In this document: in pieces, positions 52,047 through 60,240 of the stretch
Numbering within the stretch: the first letter of the stretch is position 1
Layout: each line of letters opens with the position of its first letter
Origin: Tubiluchus corallicola
Lineage: Eukaryota; Animalia; Priapulida
Assembly: GCA_030141605.1 (NCBI GenBank)
Contig: JAQGDQ010000401.1
Coordinates: 62,001-126,000, forward strand
Length of the DNA: 64,000 nt
Direction: 5' to 3'
Program-made: the position numbers and the translations under genes
The notes under the pieces: model-generated
The model's database searches: none
What the model saw: only the letters and a program-made list of their open reading frames with translations
What the model was told of the DNA's origin: nothing

Positions 52047-55000
52047 CTTTATTTAGAGTTGTCTTTAAATTCAATCGACAACAAAAGCCTGCCATGAGGT
52101 TTTTGTCACCTAATCAACTACAATTACAACTACGTAACAAATTATTATTATTACCCCACTTTTACCCTAAATACTATCATGAATACTGCACAACCTTGTC
52201 CTCTAACCTGCCTTTCTTTGTTTCTTTCCGACCTTACAGGCAAGATTTGTTCCTATGTGGGTTATTTGCAGGTATGCAATGGCTTATTTACCGAGAGCTG
52301 CCTCTTTCACATGCATTTAAGAGTTTTGCTGCAATTTATTTGTATCTACTGCATGTACGTATCTGTGTATAACAGGCACATTTTAAAGAGCTGTTATGTG
52401 TCTTTAAGGTTTTCAAAATGCTTAAGGGTTTGTTCAGTACACTTCCTAGATTCTGAACTTTGGTTTTTTGCATTTTGTATTCTGTAGTGAAATAAAATGA
52501 AGTATTAAGAACCTTAGTCTGCTTTCTATCTCTCTAAACATTGCTTGTTACTATTATGGACCTATATATTCCAATAACTCAAAAATTATATGTTGCTTCA
52601 TAGCTCCAAACTATGTGTGTTGATAACTCCAAAAGTAAATGGCTTTTGTAGCTCTAAAAGCCCTTTGCTAACCTAGAATATTCAGTTTGTAGTTCAGACT
52701 TTCAAGGTTAAAGTGCACAGTCACCATACTTGATCAGCTGATTACAATATACATTTTATAGTCCGGATTTTAAGTCAGTTGTTTCTAAATTAGAAGTTCA
52801 ATAATACTACAAAGACTTGTTATCTGTATGGTCTGGATTTAGATTAGCTAAGCCTGAATAACTATTGTTGCTCAGTTTTTTGGAACTTTTTGCTTTGCTA
52901 ACAGTGAGTATTTGTATATTTTGCTATTGGTTTACAGAATTTTTGCGTGTTGTCTAACAGTCTTTTTTCAGAATGTCAGAGCAAACAACTGTTCAAGCCC
53001 ATAGCCAGGCCAAGAAAATCATGAAATCCCCTGGATATGCAAAACGTGTTGAATCTGATACCTCGGCAGACGAGGAGACCCAGATAGCTGACTTTGAAGT
53101 TAACATTGCTAAGAACTGTAGTGATGCACCTCAGCCAGTTAAGCTAGCAAACCAGCCGGAGCATGATGCAGTTTCTTCCAATGCAACTGATTCAGTTGGT
53201 GATATTGGCTTTCTGACAATCATTTAGCATTATTTTAGCTTTTTAGCAATTTACAACTGATACAGCGAACTCTAATAAAATTTATTGAAATGAATTGAAC
53301 TGCATCTTGTGCACCTACAGCTTGTACAATTTTAGCACATTTCCACATAAAATTCTGTTGTTTTTTCAAGAGGCAGACCAGCCTAATGAAGCACATTAGT
53401 ATTACAGTCAACAGAAGATGCTAACGTTGACACAGAACAAAGTCTTGAAATGTACAGAATTATATCTAAAGCGTTTTTTCTTTTGCAGCTACCACTGTTA
53501 CAGAAAGTTCAACACACAGCAGTGAATCTACCTCAATCTACAGCTAAACTAGTATTTTTGTTTATCCTTTTTTTCACTAGGGTGGATGGTAGCAGTCCAG
53601 TCCAGTCCAGCAACCATAAATACATATTTTGAAATATGTAAAATTGTATTTAGAGTGACTTTAATTTTGCAGATGTCAATATCAATGTCACAGAAAATTC
53701 AACATACAGCAGTGAATCTGCATCTACTGATTACACAAGCACTGATAGCAGCTTAAGCTCTGAAGCTACTGAACAGTCAACTGATTACAGTATGTTAAGC
53801 ACCATGGAATCTAGTACAGGTACAGTCAGTAGCTAAACTGTTATTTTTGCGTACGAAATACTGAACAATCAATTTTAAATTTATAGGTTCTGGATTATTA
53901 AATATTAAAATTTATTAATAATAATATTAGAATTTAAAGTCCTGGATGAGTGCTCAGTCCTTCTCAGTACCTTTTATTTAGCAGATGTCAGCACCAGTGT
54001 CACAGAAAGTTCTACATACAGCAGTGAATCTGTATCTACTGATTACACAAGTACTGATAACAACTTAAGCTTTGAAGCTACTGAAAATTCGCCTGTTTAC
54101 AGTTCTTTAAGCACCACGGAAACCAGCACAGGTACTGTCTACAACTAAAGTGGTATTTTTGTTTATCCTGTTTTCACAGGATAGTAAATAGAAATGTGTC
54201 TAGGGCAGTTGGAATTTTGCAGATTCAGTTGTCACAGAAAGTTCTACTTACAGCGTGAATCTGTGTCTACTGACTACACATGCACTAGATTTAGATTTTT
54301 TAGATTTTAATAGATTTATTTCGCATTAAACATATACATATACATCACATTACATTACATGTGCATCAGGTTTTGTTAATACAAAAATATGATAAAATTC
54401 ATGTATACTGCGCTAGAGACCTAGGAAGCTAGCTTATGGTAGGCCACTAGAATTACGAAAAAAATTGCAATATATACAACATTACAACATTACAATATAC
54501 AACATTACAATATACAACATTACAATATACAACATTACATATACAACATAGATACAACATTACAATATATACAAATATAAATATAAATACGGGTGGGAAG
54601 TATTAAAAATTTTATTTTACTATACAGTTTTTGAAAAAGAAAACAACAAATCATGATTGAGTCATCAGTTATATGTTTCGAGTACGTTTAATTTATATAT
54701 TTTTTTAAATATGGAAAGCGAGTTGACATTTTTAATAGCTGGAGCAATTGAATTCCATATGTAAGGGCCATTGTATTTAATAGAAAATTTTCTAACATTA
54801 GTGTTACACTGTATGTAGTGATAGTGCAGCCTATAACGTGTGCCGTAATTATGTATCTCAGCATTCAAACAAAAATAATCAGTCAAATAAGGGAGGCAAT
54901 AATTTATGAGAGAATTTGTACATGAAAATGGCAGTTTGGAACTTATTAATGTCGTAAATGTTTAGAAAGTTTAGTCTTTTAAATATTGGCTGTGTATGGT

Positions 55001-58000
55001 CCTGATAACCGGCAAATGTTATAGCTCGCACTATTTTCTTCTGAATCAGATGAATTTTTTTCAATCGACTGGAGTATGTGCTTCCCCAAATAATGTTCGA
55101 ATTATTTAGATATGGTAAAAAAAAGAGAATTATATAATAATACAAGTACTGAGCTAGGCAATTTGTGTCTAACTCTATATATAATGCCTATGATTTTTGA
55201 GATTTTGCTTTTGATAAATCTAAGATGTTCTTGCCAAGTTAAGTGTTCATCAATGATGATGCCTAAGAACTTAGTATATTTTACTTGATTTATTGGAACT
55301 TCATCGATTTTTACTATAAAATTACTAGGGATTCTTTTATTTTTATTTGTGAATACAATAAATTTGGTTTTTTCAATATTCAGTGATAACTTATTAGCTT
55401 TAAACCAGGTGGAGAGATGTACAAGTTCTTGGTTTACAGTATTTATCATGTAATAACGGTTTAATAACTAATAACAGTTTATGCTCTAATAACAGTTTAT
55501 GCTCTGAATCTACAGAAGAATCAACTGATTACAGTACACCAAGTATGATAAAAACTAGCACGGTTACTGTCACTGTTGTTCATACCATTTCCTACCTCTG
55601 TTAGGAGATCAGGGAAGGGATGTAATTATTTAAAATACATAGTTATAATAAATAGCGAAGTAGCTTTTATCGATTTTGGTGCTGCACTTTGTGCAGAAGT
55701 TCTTTTGACGTAATTTACCATGCGTCACAATACAAAACAAAGTACATTCTGAAAAGACCTGTGCATTTCTCATACATTTTCTGCTTGCAGATTTAAGCAG
55801 CATTGTTTTGGAAAATTCTTCTTACAACAGTGAGACTACGTCGACTGATTACACAAATACCGATGTTAGTTTTACATTTAAAACTCCCGAAGATGTATCT
55901 GGTGCTATTGTACTAAGTACCATAGAAACTAATGCAGGTATTATTGATGGTAAAAGTTTATTTTACCTCTTTTTTTAACTCTTAGAGTTTGGAAAATGTG
56001 TAAGTATGCAATCTGTATAGTTATTGCTTGGAAGTCTGTAACCTACTTAATAGGTATTCATTGATAATCTGGAAAGAATGTGAGCCGAAAAAGTTGCATG
56101 CAGGTTTGTATTTTACCACAGAACTTTATTATACAACTCTGTAGAGTGATAACCCAGACATAAAAAAAAATTCAGTCTGTGATGCCTGGTTTTAGTAATA
56201 AAATGGTAAGTACATTTGGTTTTTCCATACAAAACAGTACTTTATATTAGAAAAATCCTGCCTATTAATCTCTGCCTTTTCTGTGTGGAAAATGTGTGTG
56301 TGTGTGTGTGTGCAAGTGTGGGTGCATGCGTGACACATTTGTAAATCAATGCACTTGTGAAACAGAGCATTTGTTCCATGCATCAGCAAAATTATGGAAC
56401 AAGCTTTTTTTTTATTTAAACAGGCTATCAAAACATTGCATCATAACAAAGTGTTGCAGTCTTTTACTCGTAGTTTTAAATTATGAAGCACCTGAAGCAT
56501 TTTGTCAGGTTCTCATTTTTATTGACAATTAGTAATCCTTAATGGTTCATAATTGCTCTTGCATTTCTAGAAGTTTTTGTTCGTTGTTTTCTTTTATTTA
56601 TGCTAAGGGATGTTAAAGCAGAATGCATATGTCATTTGCAATTTTAGCAAATTGCTCAACTAATACAGACACACCATATATAATATAATGTTATGTAACG
56701 TAATGTAATGTAAAATAATAATAATAATAATAATAATAACCTTTATTTAGAGTTGTCTTTAAATTCAATCGACAACAAAAGCCTGCCATGAGGTTTTTGT
56801 CACCTAATCAACTACAATTACAACTACGTAACAAATTATTATTATTACCCCACTTTTACCCTAAATACTATCATGAATACTGCACAACCTTGTCCTCTAA
56901 CCTGCCTTTCTTTGTTTCTTTCCGACCTTACAGGCAAGATTTGTTCCTATGTGGGTTATTTGCAGGTATGCAATGGCTTATTTACCGAGAGCTGCCTCTT
57001 TCACATGCATTTAAGAGTTTTGCTGCAATTTATTTGTATCTACTGCATGTACGTATCTGTGTATAACAGACACATTTTAAAGAGCTGTTATGTGTCTTTA
57101 AGGTTTTCAAAATGCTTAAGGGTTTGTTCAGTACACTTCCTAGATTTTGAACTTTGGTTTTTTGCATTTTGTATTCTGTAGTGAAATAAAATGAAGTATT
57201 AAGAACCTTAGTCTGCTTTCTATCTCTCTAAACATTGCTTGTTACTATTATGGGCCTATATATTCCAATAACTCAAAAATTATATGTTGCTTCATAGCTC
57301 CAAACTATGTGTGTTGATAACTCCAAAAGTAAATGGCTTTTGTAGCTCTAAAAGCCCTTTGCTAACCTAGAATATTCAGTTTGTAGTTCAGACTTTCAAG
57401 GTTAAAGTGTACAGTCACCATACTCGATCAGCTGATTACAATATACATTTTATAGTCCGGATTTTAAGTCAGTTGTTTCTAAATTAGAAGTTCAATAATG
57501 CTACAAAGACTTGTTATCTGTATGGTCTGGATTTAGATTAGCTAAGCCTGAATAACTATTGTTGCTCAGTTTTTTGGAACTTTTTGCTTTGCTAACAGTG
57601 AGTATTTGTATATTTTGCTATTGGTTTACAGAATTTTTGCGTGTTGTCTAACAGTCTTTTTTCAGAATGTCAGAGCAAACAACTGTTCAAGCCCATAGCC
57701 AGGCCAAGAAAATCATGAAATCCCCTGGATATGCAAAACGTGTTGAATCTGATACCTCGGCAGACGAGGAGACCCAGATAGCTGACTTTGAAGTTAACAT
57801 TGCTAAGAACTGTAGTGATGCACCTCAGCCAGTTAAGCTAGCAAACCAGCCGGAGCATGATGCAGTTTCTTCCAATGCAACTGATTCAGTTGGTGATATT
57901 GGCTTTCTGACAATCATTTAACATTATTTTAGCTTTTTAGCAATTTACAACTGATACAGCGAACTCTAATAAAATTTATTGAAATGAATTGAACTGCATC

Positions 58001-59431
58001 TTGTGCACCTACAGCTTGTACAATTTTAGCACATTTCCACATAAAATTCTGTTGTTTTTTCAGAGGCAGACCAGCCTAATGAAGCACATTAGTATTACAG
58101 TCAACAGAAGATGCTAACGTTGACACAGAACAAAGTCTTGAAATGTACAGAATTATATCTAAAGCGTTTTTTCTTTTGCAGCTACCACTGTTACAGAAAG
58201 TTCAACACACAGCAGTGAATCTACCTCAATCTACAGCTAAACTAGTATTTTTGTTTATCCTTTTTTTCACTAGGGTGGATGGTAACAGTCCAGTCCAGTC
58301 CAGCAACCATAAATACATATTTTGAAATATGTAAAATTGTATTTAGAGTGACTTTAATTTTGCAGATGTCAATATCAATGTCACAGAAAATTCAACATAC
58401 AGCAGTGAATCTGCATCTACTGATTACACAAGCACTGATAGCAGCTTAAGCTCTGAAGCTACTGAACAGTCAACTGATTACAGTATGTTAAGCACCATGG
58501 AATCTAGTACAGGTACAGTCAGTAGCTAAACTGTTATTTTTGCGTACGAAATACTGAACAATCAATTTTAAATTTATAGGTTCTGGATTATTAAATATTA
58601 AAATTTATTAATAATAATATTAGAATTTAAAGTCCTGGATGAGTGCTCAGTCCTTCTCAGTACCTTTTATTTAGCAGATGTCAGCACCAGTGTCACAGAA
58701 AGTTCTACATACAGCAGTGAATCTGTATCTACTGATTACACAAGTACTGATAACAACTTAAGCTTTGAAGCTACTGAAAATTCGCCTGTTTACAGTTCTT
58801 TAAGCACCACGGAAACCAGCACAGGTACTGTCTACAACTAAAGTGGTATTTTTGTTTATCCTGTTTTCACAGGATAGTAAATAGAAATGTGTCTAGGGCA
58901 GTTGGAATTTTGCAGATTCAGTTGTCACAGAAAGTTCTACTTACAGTGCGAATCTGTGTCTACTGACTACACATGCACTAATAACAGTTTATGCTCTGAA
59001 TCTACAGAAGAATCAACTGATTACAGTACACCAAGTATGATAAAAACTAGCACGGTTACTGTCACTGTTGTTCATACCATTTCCTACCTCTGTTAGGAGA
59101 TCAGGGAAGGGGTGTAATTATTTAAAATACATAGTTATAATAAATAGTGAAGTAGCTTTTATCGATTTTGGTGCTGCACACTTTGTGCAGAAGTTCTTTT
59201 GACGTAATTTGCCATGCATGACAATACAAAACAAAGTACATTCTGAAAAGACCTGTGCATTTCTCATACATTTTCTGCTTGCAGATTTAAGCAGCATTGT
59301 TTTGGAAAATTCTTCTTACAACAGTGAGACTACGTCGACTGATTACACAAATACCGATGTTAGTTTTACATTTAAAACTCCCGAAGATGTAACTGGTGCT
59401 ATTGTACTAAGTACCATAGAAACTAATGCAG
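3576..59431 (+). CDS. Multi-exon gene model: secreted/surface modular protein SP-(ShK-ShK-cbEGF)x2-cbEGFx5-EGF(4Cys)-CTLDx3-Ser/Thr mucin-like repeats, with an internal extra ShK-ShK-EGF-EGF cassette; 3' end not established
   Basis: Consecutive exons with AG/GT boundaries join in phase without stops when the pseudo-exons are skipped. Domains recognised from Cys spacing and motifs. Could instead be two adjacent genes split near 23.7-24.3 kb. Confidence 0.75.
3885..3999. repeat. Minisatellite, 4 x ~29 bp (attggtggatgtcacgaatgggtaaaatt)
   Basis: Four contiguous near-identical units with no spacers. Confidence 0.95.
5466..5579 (+). CDS. ShK (ShKT) domain exon, type a, copy 1
   Basis: tacag|...|gtaaac, 114 bp, phase 1-1; CKDDHYNCEYYSDQGECENNPGWMADNCRKSCRYCCT. 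Confidence 0.92.
5745..5870. repeat. Degenerate ~29 bp minisatellite (aataagtccacaaagttatt-like); copies near 10605 and 46235
   Basis: Repeated gtccacaaagtta/tttgcaaagtta cores. Confidence 0.7.
5939..6141. repeat. Inverted repeat with ~60 bp arms (MITE-like hairpin); copies at 10790-10992 and 46420 (second arm garbled)
   Basis: aatgtgataaacatgcctactggcatttatttagaaattc... is the near-exact reverse complement of ...gaatttctaaataaataccagtaggcatgtttatcacatt. Confidence 0.9.
6406..6555 (+). CDS. ShK domain exon, type b, copy 1
   Basis: tacag|...|gtaag, 150 bp, phase 1-1; GPEPCRDEMYSTDGTGDVTNCAIWASQGECVNNPNFMLYRCKLSCGVCT. Confidence 0.93.
7027..7206 (+). CDS. Calcium-binding EGF-like exon, type a, copy 1
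   Basis: cattag|...|gtaag, 180 bp, phase 1-1; DVNEC...CTNTNGSFTCQC...C matches the cbEGF / Asx-hydroxylation consensus. Confidence 0.93.
7699..8573. mobile_element. Non-autonomous hAT-type DNA transposon (~875 bp)
   Basis: 8-bp TSD ctgtaaag (7691-7698 / 8574-8581); ~12-bp TIR tagtgctattca / tgaataccactg; subterminal ggtggacc repeats; paralogous introns (e.g. ~14240) lack it. Confidence 0.85.
10189..10302 (+). CDS. ShK domain exon, type a, copy 2
   Basis: ttgcag|...|gtatac, 114 bp, phase 1-1; CKDYHYNCEYWSDQGECENNPGWMAANCRKSCRYCCT. Confidence 0.92.
11331..11483 (+). CDS. ShK domain exon, type b, copy 2
   Basis: tacag|...|gtaag, 153 bp, phase 1-1; one extra codon relative to copy 1. Confidence 0.92.
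12178..12357 (+). CDS. cbEGF exon, type a, copy 2
   Basis: cattag|...|gtaag, 180 bp, phase 1-1. Confidence 0.93.
13240..13389 (+). CDS. cbEGF exon, type b, copy 1
   Basis: attgcag|...|gtaaaa, 150 bp, phase 1-1; DLNECDVNNPTHNCDPDLAICLNAEGSFSCQCLNGTVDLNEANTPGTVCS. Confidence 0.93.
15188..15337 (+). CDS. cbEGF exon, type b, copy 2
   Basis: As copy 1, with LNVEG variant. Confidence 0.92.
17014..17163 (+). CDS. cbEGF exon, type b, copy 3
   Basis: As copy 1, with LNVEG variant. Confidence 0.92.
18836..18985 (+). CDS. cbEGF exon, type b, copy 4
   Basis: As copy 1, with LNVEG variant. Confidence 0.92.
20820..20969 (+). CDS. cbEGF exon, type b, copy 5
   Basis: As copy 1, LNAEG variant. Confidence 0.92.
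21848..22261 (+). mobile_element. pogo/Tc2-type (Tc1-mariner superfamily) internally deleted transposon, 414 bp
   Basis: TIR ccgtattttcccatgtataagagacc / ggtctcttatacatgggaaaatacgg; TA TSD (sister units have a single TA: aaagTAgttttt); internal remnant encodes IIKSFKKCGISNAMDGTED plus an acidic tail, typical of pogo transposase C-termini. Confidence 0.92.
23554..23688 (+). CDS. Truncated EGF-like exon (type c, only 4 Cys) with Ser/Thr linker
   Basis: ttgcag|...|gtacca, 135 bp, phase 1-1; DINECDVSNSSHDCDPVLANCVNTVGSFTCELIDTTTDASGSSNT. Confidence 0.85.
24150..24275. repeat. Perfect tandem repeat 3 x 42 bp
   Basis: taagaaacaaatactaccattcactctaaggtgactttatgt x3. Confidence 0.95.
24396..24474 (+). 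CDS. Candidate second start / signal-peptide exon (MYCFWMTIIILVAWQTVVKVTSNSTP), paralog of 3576-3654
   Basis: Same length, same upstream in-frame TAA, same phase-1 donor CAG|gtaggt; joins in frame to CTLD exon 25135; ~300 bp of upstream flank is also homologous to 3380-3575. Confidence 0.6.
25135..25303 (+). CDS. C-type lectin-like domain 1, exon 1
   Basis: tagcag|...|gtaagt, phase 1-2; DCPDGFEGF...RCYKFHTAPAKREAAYQTCTDEGAILANIKSEETRDYF. Confidence 0.92.
25389..25843. mobile_element. MITE-like element bounded by ~13-bp TIRs
   Basis: cagacctggcaac ... gttggcaggtctg; no clean TSD seen. Confidence 0.5.
26591..26736 (+). CDS. CTLD 1, exon 2
   Basis: tgtag|...|gtacgt, phase 2-1; QVYPELGRKWWMGLWYDEARKGWFWDDRTAF...YWYEDPDPGPT (WxGL and WxWxD motifs). 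Confidence 0.9.
26851..26915 (-). mobile_element. tRNA-derived SINE head (degenerate)
   Basis: Minus strand has an A-box-like tggcctactgag and a B-box ggttcaaatcc at tRNA-like spacing; no full cloverleaf. Confidence 0.45.
27898..28062 (+). CDS. CTLD 1, exon 3
   Basis: attcag|...|gttagt, phase 1-1; PSCVMAELEYNFYWEETICEIDP...LNVVCEF. Confidence 0.9.
29070..29283 (+). CDS. CTLD 2, exon 1
   Basis: tttcag|...|gtatgt, phase 1-2; DVCPSGWIGY...SCLRGL...GAEIACWNEANGFIASLAKIDSE. Confidence 0.9.
29831..30123. repeat. Tandem duplication, 2 x ~148 bp
   Basis: aagaaccaa...cactggcgccatgtgcccacaa...tttaagctcgctgt occurs twice in tandem. Confidence 0.9.
30745..30863 (+). CDS. CTLD 2, exon 2
   Basis: ttacag|...|gtaagg, phase 2-1; PDTGVWVGLLEYGSEWMHSLD... 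Confidence 0.88.
31609..31767 (+). CDS. CTLD 2, exon 3 (alternative in-frame acceptor at 31591)
   Basis: tcatag|...|gtgaca, phase 1-1; ends ...FHNAVCEMPLPQT (terminal xVCE motif). Confidence 0.75.
31864..32071 (+). CDS. CTLD 3 (divergent), exon 1
   Basis: ttccag|...|gtaagt, phase 1-2; TYTCDSGYYNGRSKCLEKQSATTSLGAALAKCPQPKRVLHMTSPQDL. Confidence 0.82.
32608..32767 (+). CDS. CTLD 3, exon 2
   Basis: tttaag|...|gtatgt, phase 2-0; YNKGNVWLSPRLLRATGEYETLEG...WSNEVHAHEE. Confidence 0.78.
32790..33135. repeat. Degenerate ~39 bp tandem repeat (ctctttcttgta...gcagaggtgctttgtagtg)
   Basis: About 8-9 diverged units immediately after the exon donor. Confidence 0.7.
34336..34450 (+). CDS. CTLD 3, exon 3
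   Basis: acatag|...|gtaatt, phase 0-1; DWEAYCAVWVDEHAGYVETFCTATHPFICEAVF. Confidence 0.88.
35649..35795 (+). CDS. Ser/Thr-rich mucin-like repeat exon 1 (49 aa)
   Basis: ctgcag|...|gtacta, 147 bp, phase 1-1; DVSTAITESSTYSSESASADYTSTDNSLSSEVTEHSTIYNTSSTMETTN. Confidence 0.85.
37230..38939 (+). CDS. Mucin-like repeat exons 2-5: 37230-37358, 37545-37691, 37801-37947, 38808-38939
   Basis: Each AG/GT bounded and phase 1-1; 129/147/147/132 bp (in-frame deletions only). Confidence 0.85.
39090..39169 (-). mobile_element. SINE-like remnant with a 5S rRNA-like internal-promoter segment; copy near 50095-50174
   Basis: Minus strand ctgaagtttagcaac...gcctgcttcataaatggctgggtaacc resembles the 5S A-box/C-box region (by eye), preceded by a tRNA A-box-like tagctgagcgg. 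Confidence 0.35.
40571..42146 (+). CDS. Mucin-like repeat exons 6-9: 40571-40717, 40834-40983, 41313-41447, 42000-42146
   Basis: Phase 1-1, 147/150/135/147 bp; exons 7 and 8 use the upstream AG of tagcaa. Confidence 0.82.
41497..41809. mobile_element. Non-autonomous hAT-type element (313 bp)
   Basis: 8-bp TSD tcagtatg (41489-41496 / 41810-41817); TIR cagcggcgtat / atatgcccctg. Confidence 0.8.
42863..43051. mobile_element. Old Tc1/Tigger-like MITE
   Basis: Imperfect TIR cagtcaaacttctttatactgcc / ggcaatatagcgagatttgaatg. Confidence 0.4.
43423..43481 (+). pseudogene. Truncated mucin pseudo-exon (donor deleted, reads into TAA); copies at 53489 and 58182
   Basis: Intact acceptor ttttgcag|ctaccactgttacagaaagttca..., fused to post-donor intron sequence. 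Confidence 0.7.
43600..44058 (+). CDS. Mucin-like repeat exons 10-11: 43600-43746, 43912-44058
   Basis: Phase 1-1, 147 bp each. Confidence 0.85.
44150..44288 (+). pseudogene. Frameshifted mucin pseudo-exon; copies at 50718, 54223 (LINE-interrupted) and 58916
   Basis: 1-nt deletion (tacagcgtgaa vs tacagcagtgaa) leads to TGA; donor altered (acggttact vs acaggtact). Confidence 0.8.
44773..45029 (+). other. Candidate terminal exon (strong acceptor, phase-1 open frame to TGA at 45023, AATAAA at 45024); copies start at 52240, 56934, 60434
   Basis: Branch-like ctctaac, long pyrimidine tract, ttacag|; in frame with the mucin exons. The peptide has no recognisable domain. Confidence 0.4.
45270..49807 (+). 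repeat. Dispersed segmental duplicate of ~9641-13727 carrying exons ShK-a 45819-45932, ShK-b 46758-46910, EGF-a 47604-47783, EGF-b 49320-49469
   Basis: Near-identical introns and exons; sharp junctions actcgatca|taattgc and gttcatttt|agcagatgtc. Confidence 0.9.
46568..46728. other. Pure G/T low-complexity tract replacing ~364 bp of the paralog (10938-11301); probable base-calling/consensus artefact
   Basis: Begins a few bases into the second arm of the inverted repeat; flanks match the paralog on both sides. Confidence 0.75.
49813..51231 (+). CDS. Mucin-like repeat exons 12-14: 49813-49944, 50477-50626, 51085-51231
   Basis: Phase 1-1, 132/150/147 bp. Confidence 0.8.
53673..55937 (+). CDS. 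Mucin-like repeat exons 15-17: 53673-53819, 53985-54131, 55791-55937
   Basis: Phase 1-1, 147 bp each. Confidence 0.8.
54288..55450 (-). mobile_element. 5'-truncated non-LTR retrotransposon (CR1/L2-group LINE): RT C-terminus + 3' UTR
   Basis: WFKANKLSLNIEKTKFIVF, KFLGIIIDEHLTW and LYNSLF..PYL....IWG motifs across three frames; AATAAA and (AATCTA)n-like tail; sister units show the empty site tgcactaataacagtttatgctc. Confidence 0.93.
58366..59431 (+). CDS. Mucin-like repeat exons 18-20: 58366-58512, 58678-58824, 59285-59431
   Basis: Phase 1-1, 147 bp each. Confidence 0.8.
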
Positions 59432-60197
59432 GTATTATTGATGGTAAAAGTTTATTTTACCTCTTTTTTTAACTCTTAGAGTTTGGAAAACGTGTAAGTA
59501 TGCAATCTGTATAGTTATTGCTTGGAAGTCTGTAACCTACTTAATAGGTATTCATTGATAATCTGGAAAGAATGTGAGCCGAAAAAGTTGCATGCAGGTT
59601 TGTATTTTACCACAGAACTTTATTATACAACTCTGTAGAGTGATAACCCAGACATGAAAAAAAATTCAGTCTGTGATGCCTGGTTTTAGTAATAAAATGG
59701 TAAGTACATTTGGTTTTTCCATGCAAAACAGTACTTTATATTAGAAAAATCCTGCCTATTAATCTCTGCCTTTTCTGTGTGGAAAATGTGTGCGTGTGCA
59801 AGCGTGGGTGCGTGCGTGACACATATGTAAATCAATGCACTTGTGAAACAGAGCATTTGTTCCATGCATCAGCAAAATTATGGAACAAGCTTTTTTTTAT
59901 TTAAACAGGCTATCAAAACATTGCATCATAACAAAGTGTTGCAGTCTTTTACTCGTAGTTTTAAATTATGAAGCACCTGAAGCATTTTGTCAGGTTCTCA
60001 TTTTTATTGACAATTAGTAATCCTTAATGGTTCATAATTGCTCTTGCATTTCTAAAAGTTTTTGTTCGTTGTTTTCTTTTATTTATGCTAAGGGATGTTA
60101 AAGCAGAATGCATATGTTATTTGCAATTTTAGCAAATTGCTCAACTAATACAGACACACCATATATAATATAATGTAATGTAACGTAATGTAATGTA

Positions 60198-60240
<43 letters not shown>

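Noticed and set aside
51587-60240. (TG)n and (AAT)n tracts and the His/Tyr-run ORFs they create
   Set aside because: Ordinary microsatellites whose length varies between duplicated units.
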